Origin: an uncultured delta proteobacterium
GTDB taxonomy: Bacteria > Desulfobacterota > Binatia > UBA9968
Assembly: GCA_963847445.1 (NCBI GenBank)
Contig: CAWJZV010000030.1
Coordinates: forward strand, 64,001 to 128,000
Reading direction: 5' to 3'
DNA: 64,000 bases
Below are positions 1 through 11,503 of the stretch, piece after piece. The notes below the pieces were generated by a model that was not told where the DNA came from, made no database searches, and was given only the letters and a program-made list of their open reading frames with translations. Made by a program: the position numbers and the translations under genes. Position 1 is the stretch's first letter; each line of letters opens with the position of its first letter.

Positions 1-933
1 ACAATTCCTCGACCTGCGGATTTTTCTTAATCATCCCCTGCTCGAACTCGTAGCGGATCACGGCTTCTAACGCCTTGCGGTTGTCATCCAGATTATATGG
101 CCAGGGGTCGGCGCCGAAGATTTCAGTTTGCTCGCGCATGAGATCTTGCACCCAGACCAGGGCGAAGCTGCGCGGGTCGCTGTTGCGGTTATAGCAGATT
201 TGCTTGGCCCTCTCGAAGGCTTGCACCAGGCTGATGCCGACCCATGGATGTTTCTCAAGAACGTGGTTTTTCACCACCACCGTGTGCATGATCGGGAAGT
301 GGCCGCCGTTTCTGATAATATTCGATCTCGGCTTTCTTCGGGATCGGGAAACAGCAGCGCAACTTTGGGATTGCCGGCGCGCATCGACGGCAGGGTTTCC
401 GGATAGAGCGACGCTTCGAGCTCGCCGTCGACCAGCATCTGGTCGATGTTTTTGCCGTGGGGCACGCGTTTGACGTTCATCCAAGCGGCCGGTTCGAACG
501 GGATGTCCTCTTCCTCCTGGCACCACCACTCAATGGTCTTCAAGTCGACGTGGTAATGATCCTGCAAGATGCCGCGCATCCACAGGCCGGCGGAGTTTTG
601 CAAGGTATCGAGCGCGACTCTTTTGCCATTTAGGTCAGATGGTTTTTCGATGCCGCAGCCGGTGCGCTTGACCATGTACTGATGGCGAAAACGCCGGTGT
701 GGGAATACCGGGATGGCGTTGTAGCCGCAGCCCTTGTCGCGTGACACCAGATAGCCAACTAACGACAGCTCGCAAACATCGAACTCTTCATGCTTCAACA
801 TGCGGCCATGGCGCTCCGGCGAAGGCATGGTCAGCACATTCAGCTCGATTCCCTGCGGCTGGATCTCGCCGTTGATAAGCGGCCGGAGAAAATCATAATC
901 GCCGCAAGCCAAGGTTAATTTAAGTTTTGCCAT
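1..933 (-). CDS. 4,5-dihydroxyphthalate decarboxylase-like protein (NMT1/THI5 SBP fold); frameshifted, 3' end beyond window
   Basis: N-terminus KLTLACGDYD..L..GEI.PQGIEL, DVCELSL, IPVFPHRRFRH; continues in another frame (HTVVVK..DPWPYNL..NRKALE..RY..EQG) to the window edge. Confidence 0.8.
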
Positions 934-1526
934 CTAGTCGCCTTTCACATGCTGCCGGTAAAGCTCCGGCGTATCGATATCGACAGTGATGCCGGCATCC
1001 TCCGTGTCGATCTCCAACGTGTCGTTGCGGTGCGCGTTGACCACCGCCTTGGCGCCCTGATCCATCGGCGCCCTCGAGCAATTCATCAAACAACATCACC
1101 GAGAAAATCACCGGGTGGCCGCGCTTGCCCCGGTGGCGCGGGACGACGATCGCGTACGTCGACTCGTCAAAGCGCTCGGAGCATGAGGCTCACAAGCTTA
1201 GGATCGATATAAGGATGATCGACCAAATGAACCATCATGCCGCTGCAATTTTTCATCGCCTGCAAATGACGCACGGCGACATGAAGCGACGACAACTGTC
1301 CAAGTGGGTAGTCGGGATTGACGAGAATCTCCACCGGCAGATGGGCGATTTGCCGCCGCATCTCCTCGGCTTCAAAGCCCAGAACCACAATGATGCGCTC
1401 GACGCCGCCTTGCTTGAGCGCACCGACGATCCGCTCGATAAATGTCTGCCCGTCGATCGGCAACAGCGCTTTGGGCCGGCCCATGCGGCTCGATTCACCG
1501 GCGGAAAGAACTACAGCGACGATCAT
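934..1526 (-). CDS. Molybdenum cofactor cytidylyltransferase-like nucleotidyltransferase (MocA family), frameshifted
   Basis: VLSAGESSRMGRPKALL, NPDY.LGQLSSL, VDHP; C-terminus GKRGHPVIF..DIDTPE.Y in shifted frame; TAG at 934-936. Confidence 0.8.
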
Positions 1527-1557
1527 GAGTTGATTCGATGAGGTGTAGCGTCGTCAG

Positions 1558-1648
1558 AAATCTCCCCTAACCCCTCTTTTTCAAAGAGGGGAAACGATCC
1601 GAGTCCAGGAGCTTCCCCCTTTGAAAAAGGGGGACTGAGGGGGATTTT
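1558..1648. repeat. REP-like double-hairpin element, family A (CCCCCTTT-N2-AAAGGGGG)
   Basis: aaatctcccctaacccctctttttcaaagagggg ... ccccctttgaaaaagggggactgagggggatttt; arms nearly identical to 44311-44434. Confidence 0.85.
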
Positions 1649-1708
1649 CTTAACGCTAGAAATCCAATCGGACATGACAACAAACCTTCAGTTACATGGA
1701 ACTCGCGA

Positions 1709-2704
1709 TCACTTGTAGATCTTGTCGATAAAGCCGCTCTTTTCGAGCTCGCGCACGATGCTGTCGTCGACTATATCCTCGACGCGCAATGTAGCGCCGG
1801 GCTTGCGAGCCAAAGCCTCTTTGATCTGGACCTCAGTTCCTTCTCGGGTTACCAATGGAACGCGATCATGCAACTTTACATTGGCGGCCCAGGAGGACTC
1901 TAAGAACTGCGGATTATTCTGACGCGTGTACTTGGCGATGAATTTCATGGTCTCTTGTTTGCGGGTCTTGAGAAAATGGGTCGCTTCTATCAGCGCCATC
2001 GTGAGCTTTCTCATGGTTTCCCGGTTGCTCGCCAGATAACTTTTTGCGGTGGTCGAGCAAATATACGGAAAATCGAAACGCTTTTGAAAGTCCGCCGTGC
2101 TGATCATGATCCGATGGGGCATGCCCTTGGCGAGGTGAATCGTTCCGGGGGGTGATGGGAAGCCGACGATTTTACCGGTCCTGAAACGCCGCCGCCCGTT
2201 CCGAAGGGCCGCCCACCTGCATGATCGGCACATCTTTCACCGGCTCCAAACCCAGCCCTTTGATCAGTACCCTTGCCGCGACGTCCGAAGCACTCCCGAC
2301 GCGGCTGATACCAACATTCTTGCCTTTTAGATCTTCGATCGATTTGACCGACTCCTGAACCACCAGTTCGTAGGGCAAGGTATTGATGTAGCACGCGGTC
2401 ATCACCAAATTAGCCCCAGCCACGACTGCACTCGCCACTGCGCCGCCGGAGCTGTTGGCAATCTGAATATCGCCCGAGACCAACGTGGAAACGCTCATGG
2501 TCGAGCTCTGGATGAAGATGAGTTCGACGTCCAAACCATGCTTCCGATAGATGCCGCCATCCAAGGCGGTGAACCATACGACGTTGGACGCGTCGGCCGA
2601 GCTGTAGGCGATCTTGACGCGCTCCTGAGCCGCGCCCGGAGCGTAACTTCCGATAGACGCGAATACCAAATAACGACAAGCCAACAGCTGATTCGGTTTA
2701 CCAT
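1709..2704 (-). CDS. ABC substrate-binding protein, NitT/TauT (SsuA-like) family, frameshifted
   Basis: RBS ggagg before ATG 2704; G.Y.KHGLDVELIFI, LKGKNVGISRVGSASD, C-terminus DDSIVRELEKSGFIDKIYK. Confidence 0.85.
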
Positions 2705-2840
2705 GCCAATTAACCTCCTGCTTCGAATCGCTCATACGCGAGCGGTCGCAACCAAAGTTATGAACTATCTCAATCGCGATCAGCGAATCAACAAGACGAG
2801 AAAGCCGGTTCGGGCTACCCGTGCGGCGAGCTTATCGAGG

Positions 2841-3967
2841 TCACTGTTCCGTGGGCAGCGCCATGCACTCGCCCGCCGGCAACTCGACCCAGACCGGATC
2901 GCCGCGGCGGACTTGCAAGGTGTAGCGCTGATGAGTCTGCAAAATATTCTTGCCGAGCTCGATGGTGCAGTCGACGTATTCACCCAAAAACATGGCAGCG
3001 CCGATTTTACCTTCGATAACGTTCGCACAAGTTGGTTGGCTTCTGCAGGTGCAGATTAAGGCTCTCAGGCCGCACCACGACAACCACCTTGCTGCCCGCA
3101 GTCAAGCCATCGAGGATGCCGCAAGAGATCTCGCCGTCGTCGGTGCGCACCGTCGCCGTGCCGTTTCCTTCCAGTCTGGTCACCTGGCCGGTCATCTGAT
3201 TGGTCGAACCGATAAAGTTGGCGACGAATTTGGTTTTCGGTTGCAGATAGATATCCCGCGGCGCGCCCTCCTGGACGATCACGCCGGAGTTCATCACCGC
3301 GATGACATTGGACATCGACAAGGCTTCGATCTGGTCATGGGTCACGTAGAGAGTCGTGATGCGCAGGCGGCGCTGCAACTCGCGCAGCTCGAAGCGCATG
3401 CGCTCGCGCAGTTTGGCATCGAGATTACTGAGCGGCTCGTCCAAGAGCAGCACCAGCGGTTCGCGCACCAAGGCGCGGGCCAGCGCGAGGCGCTGCTGCT
3501 GCCCGCCGGAGAGCTGCGTCGCCATGCGATCTTCGTAGCCGTCCAATTCCACCTGCTCCGAGAGCGGTGCGAACCTTCTTTTTGCACGTCGGCACTACTG
3601 ACTTTCTGTTTTCCCACGCGCAAAGGAAATGCGACGTTTTCGAATACCGTCATATGCGGCCAGATGGCGTAGCTCTGAAAAACCATGCCGATGGGGCGAC
3701 GGTAGGCGGGCACAACGTGCCGTCGTCGGCCGAAAAAACTTTCTTGCCGGCGACGAGGATCTCGCCGCCGTTGGCCTTTTCCAAACCGGCGATGCAGCGC
3801 AGGGTGGTGGTCTTGCCGCAGCCCGAGGGTCCGAGCAAAGTATAAAAACGCCCTTCTTCGACCTTGAACGATATGTCGTTGACGGCCTTGACACCCGCGT
3901 TCTCGCCGTCTTCGTAGATTTTAACCAGAGACTTTATTTCAATACAAATTTTCTCTTGGTTAACCAT
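2841..3967 (-). CDS. ABC transporter ATP-binding protein (PotA/FbpC-like, TOBE domain), frameshifted
   Basis: Walker [10 protein letters not shown], signature LSGGQQQR, Walker B LLLDEP, YVTHDQ across ORFs 3650-3967, 3342-3713, 3007-3552, 2841-3083. Confidence 0.9.
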
Positions 3968-4045
3968 TGAACCGCTTCGCAGAGTTGGAATACATGTGCT
4001 CCGAATTCAAAGCTTGAACTGTTTAGAACGACTTGAACCCTTCTC

Positions 4046-5773
4046 CTATGTTTGGATGCCCACTTTGCCGGTGAGCTTGTAGAAGATCGCCGACGATCGA
4101 TAGCAAGGTAACGATCATCAAAACGCCGATGGCCGCGACCACGGTCACCTGTCCTTGCTCGAACATGGTGAAGAGCAGAATCGACAGCACCCGGCTTTCG
4201 CCGGTGGCGAGCAAGACCGACGTGGAAAATTCCCGAAACGACACGATGCAGATGTAAATCCACCCCGCCGCCAAGCCGGGCCGCAAGAGCGGCAACGTAA
4301 CGCGTTTGAACGGTTCCCACCAGGAAGCGCCGGAAGCCGCCGCGGCCTCTTCCAATTCGCTGTGAATTTGTAAAATCGATCCCGAGGCCGCGCGCATGCC
4401 GTACGGAATAAAGCGGGTGACATAGGCGATCAGCAAAACCCAGATCGTGCCGTAAATCGGAATTGGAAAAGCGACATAGAGCAGGATCAATGCCATGCCC
4501 ATGACGATGCCAGGGATCGTAATCGGCACGAAGGCGAGAAAATCGAGGATCCACGAGCCCGGCAACCGGCTCTTGTAAACGATCCACGCGACCAGCGAAG
4601 TCAGCACCATCGCCACCGTCGCCGTCAGCGTCGAGAGGATGATGCTGTTTTGCATCGCATCCCAAAACGGTCGAAAACCGCCAAGATAGCGATAGTTGTC
4701 GAGACTGAGCTTGCTGACGGCGTCCCAACTCGGCGCCGCGAAGAACGGCAGAAAGGACGCCCAGAACAAGACTAAAAACGGCAGCAGCACGACGAATAAG
4801 AAGTAGCCGGTCAAGAAATCCGAAACCGGCCCAGCGCCAGGCGCCGAGATCGAACTGCCGCGGCCGAAACGCTTTGCCGGTAACGGTCTGGAATTTCTTT
4901 CCTTCTTTGGTCGCGCGCGTGTACAACCACACGCCGATCGCGCTTAGCAGCAGCAAGCCCACCGCCAGCGCGCCGCCGCGGCCATAATCCGGCGGATACT
5001 CGTTAAACGCCAGATAAGATCTCGCTGGTATAAACGTAGATGCGCGCCGGAATGCCGATCAACGCCGGGGTCTCGAAGGATTCCAAGGTGCGCACAAACA
5101 GGATCAGCATCACCGAACCCGCCGTCGGCATCAGCAGCCTCAACGTTACCCGTCTAAACGTCTGCCAGGTGTTGGCGCCGGACATCATCGCCGATTCTTC
5201 CAAGGAGGGGTCCATTGATTTGAACGCGGCGACCATCAATAAGAAGGCCAATGGCACCTGCCCCACCGAATGGACCCAGATCATGCCCGGCAAGGAAAAG
5301 ACGTTGAACGGCGGCGATTGCAGGCCGAACAAATTCATCAGCCAGACGTTCATGTAACCGAACTTTGGACTCAACAGAAAAATCCACGCGATCGACTCCA
5401 AAACGCCGGGAAGAATCAACGGCACCACGGCGATGGGCACAAAAATACTTCGCATCGGCGTATTGGTCCGCTCGGTGAGCCAGGCGAGCATGGTGCCGAG
5501 AATGAAACTGAGCCCGGCGGAACCCGAGGCAAAGATCAATGAGTTGAGAAAAGTCGAGTAGGTGTATTCGCTGGCGTAGGCGGCATGGTAGTTCTTGAGC
5601 GTGTAGACGAACTCCCGCGGCGCCACTTCCGCCTGGAAGCTGCCGACAAACAGCATCAGCAGCGGCAGAACCGCTAGATAAACCAGGACGCCGGCGCCGA
5701 CCACCGGGATCAGCAGCGCCGGATCCAAACTCATACTCATTTTTCCGGTACGGGGAATTGCCGCAGTCGCCAT
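4046..5773 (-). CDS. ABC transporter permease (FbpB-like, duplicated), frameshifted
   Basis: Two EAA loops (LEESAMMSGA, LEEAAAASGA), many hydrophobic segments, TVTGKAFRP linker; TAG at 4046. Confidence 0.9.
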
Positions 5774-5815
5774 AAATCAGCCTCGTAAGAGTAGACGCAG
5801 CGAGATACCGCCGCG

Positions 5816-6843
5816 CTATCTCAGCTTGAAGATTTCCTTCCAGATTTTATCGTACTTCGGAAATTCTTTGAGATCCGCGACCGTAATGAAATAGGTTTTC
5901 TCCGTGCGGGTCTTTTCCGTCGGTTCGACCTTTGGATGAGCCGGATTGCGCCCGCCTTGGGACATCACTTTCTGACCTTCCTGGCTGGCCATCCAGCGGG
6001 CAAACAGCAATGCCGTGTTCGGGTGCGGCGCGCCTTTGAAGATCGCCGTGGCGTTGATCGAGGCCACGCCTTCGCTGAGCATGTAGTTTACCGGCGCGCC
6101 CTTCTTGATGCGGCTCGGATAGTGGTGCGAGTAACAGGTCAAACAAACCGCCGCCTGACCGGCCACGAGCAACTCGGCCAATTGCGAGTGGCCTTTATGA
6201 AATTCGACGTTGTTCGCCGCGACTTTTTTCCAATAGTCGATGGCCTTCTCGTCGCTCTTGAACTTGTACTTGGCAAATGCCAGCAACATCTCCAGGTCGC
6301 GCGGCTCGGCGATCAGGCGGCCTTTCCAGCGCGGATGGATGAAGTCATCGTAAGACTTTTCGGTTCTTCCTCTTTTTTGACCAGGTTGGTATTCCATGAA
6401 GCGATAAAATATTGCAGGTCCGAAGAGATCCAAAATGCGCCCTTCAACCCCGCCGGATAGTCCGCCGCTTCCGGCAAGTTGGTGTCGAGCAGCAAGCCCT
6501 GATCATGGGCCTGGGTGACGTTTTCCAACGGCACTTGTAAGACATCCGCTAAAGTCTTGCCGCCGCGCGCCTCGGTGACGGCTCGGGCGACCAGCTTATC
6601 CGAGGTCGCATCGACGTGGTTGATCTTGATGCCGGGAAAGCGTTTTTCGAACACCGGCAAGATCTTTTCGGCGTTGACCTGGGCCAAAGTCCCATAGAAA
6701 TTGAGCGTCCCGCCTTCCTTCACGGCCAATTTGTGCAGGTCATCGAGACTCTGGGCAAGCACAAAACCAGGCAGACTCAGCGCCGCGACAAGCGCAATCG
6801 CGCTGAGTTTGTAGCCTTGTCGAATCCGTCGAATCAACCCCAT
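5816..6843 (-). CDS. ABC substrate-binding protein (Fe3+/thiamine/polyamine class), paralog 1, frameshifted
   Basis: Signal peptide, KEGG.LNFY, FEKRFPGIK, APHPN.A.LF..W..S.EGQ. Confidence 0.85.
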
Positions 6844-7040
6844 AGCACAACCTCCAACAGTGAATAATTAAGTGATTCTACGCTTTTTTAAGCGCAGCGA
6901 TACCTAATACTACAATCTTTTCTTGAGTCAAGAATACCCGGCATTAACCCGTTGTCGATGCGGCAAAACCCTGCGGGCCGACCCGGGTTGGTCGCCCGCA
7001 GGCAGATTCGCGATCAATTTTGCCGCGACACGGACCAGCT

Positions 7041-8067
7041 CTAGCGTATTTTGAACACTTCCTTCCAGACTTTTTCGTAGCGGCGCCATTCCTTTATTTC
7101 ATCCGTGCCGATCGGATAGAGCACTGCCGGGCGAATCTTCTCCACCGGTTCCACCTTCGGATGCGGCGGCAGACGGCCTCCCGCCGCATAGGCTTTCTGC
7201 CCTTCTTCGCTGGCGGACCAGCGGTAAAAAAGCCGTGCCGCGTTGGGATGCGGAGCGTCCTTAGCCAAGGCATTGGCGGTGATCGTGGCGATGCCTTCGG
7301 TGAGCATGTAACCCAGCGGCGCGCCCTTTTTGATTCGCGGCGGGTAGTGGTGCGCATAACAGGTCAGGCAGGCGGCGGCTTGGCCGGCCACGAGGAATTC
7401 AGCGAGCTCGGAATGACCCTTGTGGAATTCCACATTATTGGCCGCGAGCGCGGCGCAGAAAGTCATAGGCCTTTTCGTCGTTCTTATACTTGTGCCGGGC
7501 CAAGGCGATCAACAATTCGACGTCCCGTGCTTCGGCGATCAATTTCCCTTTCCATTTGGGATCGGCGAAGTCGTCGAACTGCTTGGGCTCGTCCTCTTTC
7601 TTCACCATACTGGTGTTCCACGAGGCGGTAATGATCACCATGTCCCCGGCCAACCAATTCGTTCCCTTGAAATTGGCCGGATAAGCCGCGGCTTCAGGCG
7701 GGAGCCATTCAAGCGTCAGCTTCTGATCGATCACCTGCAGGACGTTTTCAAGCGCCATTTGAAAAACATCGGAAAAGACCCGGCCGCCGCGCGCTTCGGT
7801 GATCGCCCTGGCGGCGAGCTTGTCCGCGGTGGCATCGACGTGATTGACCTTGAGGCCGGGGAAACGCTTCTCGAATACCGGCAGAATTCTTTCCGCATTG
7901 ATTTGCGCGAGAGTGGCATAAAAATTAACTACGCCGCCCTCCTTAATCGCCGCCTTGTGCAGTTCGTCCCAGGTCTGGGCGCCCGCCGTCGAGAACGCCG
8001 CAAGAAAGCCATAGCCCAGTACGAGACTCAAGATCTTCAAAGAAACCTTGTTGTGTTTCGCAAACAT
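7041..8067 (-). CDS. ABC substrate-binding protein, paralog 2, frameshifted
   Basis: Same motifs as 5816-6843; ORFs 7435-8067 and 7041-7466. Confidence 0.85.
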
Positions 8068-8121
8068 TATTCCTCCTGTGATTATCGAAACGTCCCGCTC
8101 GTCGTTGTTGCAGCAATTTGC

Positions 8122-9132
8122 CTATCTGAGCTTAAATACTTCCTTCCACGCTTTTTCGAATTTGCTGTATTGCTTCAGGTCCTCGACGCCGACGGCGTAA
8201 ATGACCGCCGGGCGGATTTTTTCGCTGAGCTCGACTTTCGGGTGTGCCGGCGTTCTGCCCCCTTTGGAGTAAACGGTTTGTCCCTCTTCCGACGCCGCCC
8301 AACGGTTGAATAGCCAGGCGGTATTGGGATGCGGCGCGTTTTTCATCACGGCCACTGCGATAATACCTGCCGCGCCTTCACTGAGCATATAATCCACCGG
8401 CGCGCCCTTACGCTTGCGCGACGGATAATGGTGCGAATAGCAGGTGAAACATGCCGCCGCCTGACCCGCGACCAAAAGTTCGGCGAGCTGCGAATGGCCT
8501 TTATGGAATTCGACGTTGTTGGCGGCGATCCTGGCCAGCACGGCGCGCGCTTTTTCCAGGCTCTTGTGCTTGTGCGTGAGCGCGATCAAGATTTCATAAT
8601 CCCGCGGCTCGGCGATCAGCCGCCCTTTCCAGCGCGAGTCGCCGAAATCGTCGAGAAACTTCGGCTCCTCTTCCTTCTTGACCTTATCGGTATTCCAGGC
8701 GCCAACGAAGAAGATCAAATTGTTGGCGGTCCAATACGGGCCTTTTAAGTTCGCCGGATAGGCTGCCGCCTCCGGCGGAGCCTTGTCCAGGATCAAGCCC
8801 TGCTCGTGTATCTTATTGATGTCTTCCAGGCCGAACTCGACAACGTCAGCGAGAGTCTTGCCGCCGCGAGCTTCGGTGATCGCGCGCGCGGATAATTTAT
8901 CGGAAGTTGCATCGACGTGGTTGATCTTGATGCCGGGGAAGCGCTTCTCGAAAACCGGGTAAATCTTCTCCGCGTTGATTTGCGCGAGCGAACAGTAGCA
9001 ATTGAGCACGCCATCTTCTTTGAGCGCCTTCTTGTACAGCTCATCGAGGGTTTCGCTTTGCGCAAAAATCGCTGGCGAACTGATCGCCAATGCACCCAAC
9101 ATTGCACATAGCCAGGCAACTATTTTCAACAT
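8122..9132 (-). CDS. ABC substrate-binding protein, paralog 3
   Basis: Intact ORF; ATG 9132 after aggagg; FEKRFPGIK, APHPN. Confidence 0.9.
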   Translation of the reverse strand: MLKIVAWLCAMLGALAISSPAIFAQSETLDELYKKALKEDGVLNCYCSLAQINAEKIYPVFEKRFPGIKINHVDATSDKLSARAITEARGGKTLADVVEFGLEDINKIHEQGLILDKAPPEAAAYPANLKGPYWTANNLIFFVGAWNTDKVKKEEEPKFLDDFGDSRWKGRLIAEPRDYEILIALTHKHKSLEKARAVLARIAANNVEFHKGHSQLAELLVAGQAAACFTCYSHHYPSRKRKGAPVDYMLSEGAAGIIAVAVMKNAPHPNTAWLFNRWAASEEGQTVYSKGGRTPAHPKVELSEKIRPAVIYAVGVEDLKQYSKFEKAWKEVFKLR

Positions 9133-9173
9133 TTGGAACCTCCTTTTTTGACCCAAAACCCAACAGTCCAATA

Positions 9174-10256
9174 TTATTTCTTTACCGGAGTCTTCAAAAC
9201 CGTCTGCAACTTATTCTTCAAATCGCTAGGCATGCCGAGAAACTCGGTGACCAGCTTGGTGATCGTGCTGCCGATCAGCGGATCGATCTCCAAGCGGCCT
9301 TTGTCGGCGTCGGCGATCAGTTCCTTGTCTTTGAACACTTTGGCGAAGGCACTTTCGAGAGCCGCGGCGCGGTCCGCCGGCACCCCTGCCGGTATCACAT
9401 AGACTTTGCCGAAGTCGTTGGGCGTGCTGGTGCCGTACTTGAGCAGCAAACGCTGCTCTTCGGAGCGGGCAATCTTCTGGATCGTCGGCACGTTGGGCAC
9501 GATCAAGTCCTTCATCGGGGTTTCGGTCAGTTGCGCCAGGACCACCCACTCGCCGCTCTTCACTTTGTCCATGGACGTTACTTTCGACGACGTCCAAGTG
9601 TTGAAGAAGCCGTCGACCTCGCCGCTGTCCAAGGCCAACCGCACGTCGGCGGTGCCTTTGTAGCCGGAAACGACTTTGAGATTGGTGTTGAGTACTTCTC
9701 TGACCATGATCGGCGCGTGCTCGACGGTGGAGCCGGGGATCGCCCCCATGGTCAACTGCTTGCCCTTCTCACCTCTGACCTCGTCAAACTTGGTAATGCC
9801 GGTACGCTTATGGGCGATCATCAGATAGCTTTCACTAACCGGCACGGCAAGATAGCGGAACTTGGCCATATCGTATTGCACCGCCGGATTGCCGAAGAGC
9901 TGCTCTAGGACGATGGGACCGGAAAGATTGCCGATAACTGTGCCGTCCTTGGGCGCGGCGTTATACATATGATTGGCCGCGATCATGCTGCCGGCGCCGG
10001 CCATGTTGTCGACCAGGACGTTCGGGTTGCCGGGGATATGGCGCGACAAGTGGCGCGCGATGAGCCGGGAGTACTGGTCGTAACCGCCGCCGGCGGAAAA
10101 GCCGACGACGATGCGCACGGTCTTGCCGCGGTAGAAGTCAGCCAGCGCTTTTTCGTCGAATGCCGGCTTCGCTGGCGCCGGTTGAGCGGCGAAGACGTTT
10201 GGCGTGATCAGAGCGACCCCGGCCAGCAACAGAAATAGTCCATTTTTTAGATGCAT
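9174..10256 (-). CDS. Tripartite tricarboxylate transporter substrate-binding protein (TctC/Bug family)
   Basis: FYRGKTVRIVVGFSAGGGYD..RLIARHL..HIPGNP..V.NM.GAG, VSGYKGT..LAL..GEVDG. Confidence 0.9.
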   Translation of the reverse strand: MHLKNGLFLLLAGVALITPNVFAAQPAPAKPAFDEKALADFYRGKTVRIVVGFSAGGGYDQYSRLIARHLSRHIPGNPNVLVDNMAGAGSMIAANHMYNAAPKDGTVIGNLSGPIVLEQLFGNPAVQYDMAKFRYLAVPVSESYLMIAHKRTGITKFDEVRGEKGKQLTMGAIPGSTVEHAPIMVREVLNTNLKVVSGYKGTADVRLALDSGEVDGFFNTWTSSKVTSMDKVKSGEWVVLAQLTETPMKDLIVPNVPTIQKIARSEEQRLLLKYGTSTPNDFGKVYVIPAGVPADRAAALESAFAKVFKDKELIADADKGRLEIDPLIGSTITKLVTEFLGMPSDLKNKLQTVLKTPVKK

Positions 10257-10312
10257 GATGCTATTTGTACTCCGTTTCTTAGACGCTGGTGGGAACCTGG
10301 GCTTCAGATCGA

Positions 10313-11284
10313 CTACAGATTCTCGAGTTTCTTCAAAGTCGCGCCGTAATCCTGCGACCGCCTTGTCGATTGGATAATCCGGCTCATAGCCCAGTTGCTC
10401 CTTGGCCCGGAGAAGTCGCTCGACAAGCGCGAGTCGGGATAGGGCATCGGATTGTTAGTTTTGACGATTTCGATATTGGCGCCGGGGAATTTCTTGCGGA
10501 TCGCCGCAACGATATCCTCGCCGCTGACCATATCGGCGTTGCCGATGTGAAAGAGCGTGTCTTTGAACTTGTCTTTGCAGACCGCCAACACCGTCCCTTT
10601 GGCGGCGTCCTTGCCGTAGAGAATTTCCGCCGGGCCGTAGGGCCAGCTAATCTTCGCCGCCTCACCTTTGACGGCGGCGCGGATCATTTGTTGGATGGCG
10701 ATCTCACGGGTCGCTTTGAGCGCCGCCGGCGACGGACCGTAAAGTCCGCCGGTGTAGCGCAGGCAGATGAACTCAAAGTTGTAGCGCTTGGCATAGGCGC
10801 GGCCCATAAACTCACAGCTCGCCTTGGTCGCGGCGTAGACAGACGGCGGGTTCATCGGGATATTTTCGTCGATTTGCTTAACCCCTTCGCCTAACGAACC
10901 CAGGTAGACGGTGCCGGAACTGGGGAAGACGACGCGCCTGACGTTTTCTAAGCGCGCGGCTTCGAAGACATTGATGGTGCCCATGAAGTTCAAGCGCACG
11001 CCGCTGTAGGGCCGGCGTTGCACTTCCTCGCCAAGAAAGGCAGCCAGGTGGATAATCTGATCGCAATCGTTTTCGCGGATGGCCGAGATCAGCGCCGGCA
11101 TGTCCGCCATGTCGCCGCGGATCAGCGTTACCTTGCTGGTGTCGACACCGACGGCGCCGAGCAACCGCTCGTTGAGGGCGACGTCGAAGATCACTGGACG
11201 CTCGCCGCGCTCCAGCAACATCTGCGACGCATAGGCGCCAACTAGACCTGAACCACCGGTAATGAGAATGCCCTTCTTAGCCAT
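10313..11284 (-). CDS. NAD-dependent epimerase/dehydratase (extended SDR)
   Basis: ILITGGSGLVG, IHLAA, YAATK, LRY...YGP; probable indel near C-terminus. Confidence 0.88.
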   Translation of the reverse strand: MAKKGILITGGSGLVGAYASQMLLERGERPVIFDVALNERLLGAVGVDTSKVTLIRGDMADMPALISAIRENDCDQIIHLAAFLGEEVQRRPYSGVRLNFMGTINVFEAARLENVRRVVFPSSGTVYLGSLGEGVKQIDENIPMNPPSVYAATKASCEFMGRAYAKRYNFEFICLRYTGGLYGPSPAALKATREIAIQQMIRAAVKGEAAKISWPYGPAEILYGKDAAKGTVLAVCKDKFKDTLFHIGNADMVSGEDIVAAIRKKFPGANIEIVKTNNPMPYPDSRLSSDFSGPRSNWAMSRIIQSTRRSQDYGATLKKLENL

Positions 11285-11503
11285 CTCTTAGCCCCCCTGA
11301 CGAAAGTCGTGCCTTGAGTATATCAAACGAGATATTGAGTCAATGTGTATTCGATGGGTATTCGCCAATAGTCGCAATAAGTACAGTCCTCCATTCGATT
11401 GTGCTGAATTAGAGAAATAACCACCCAGCGTAGTTGACCAAAGACTAAATTCGCGCAATATGTCCGGCGCAACGTCTAATCATCGCAGTGGAGGTAAGAA
11501 TGC

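Noticed and set aside
5816-9132. c-type cytochromes
   Set aside because: The motif is CxxCY, not CxxCH, and the fold motifs are those of SBPs
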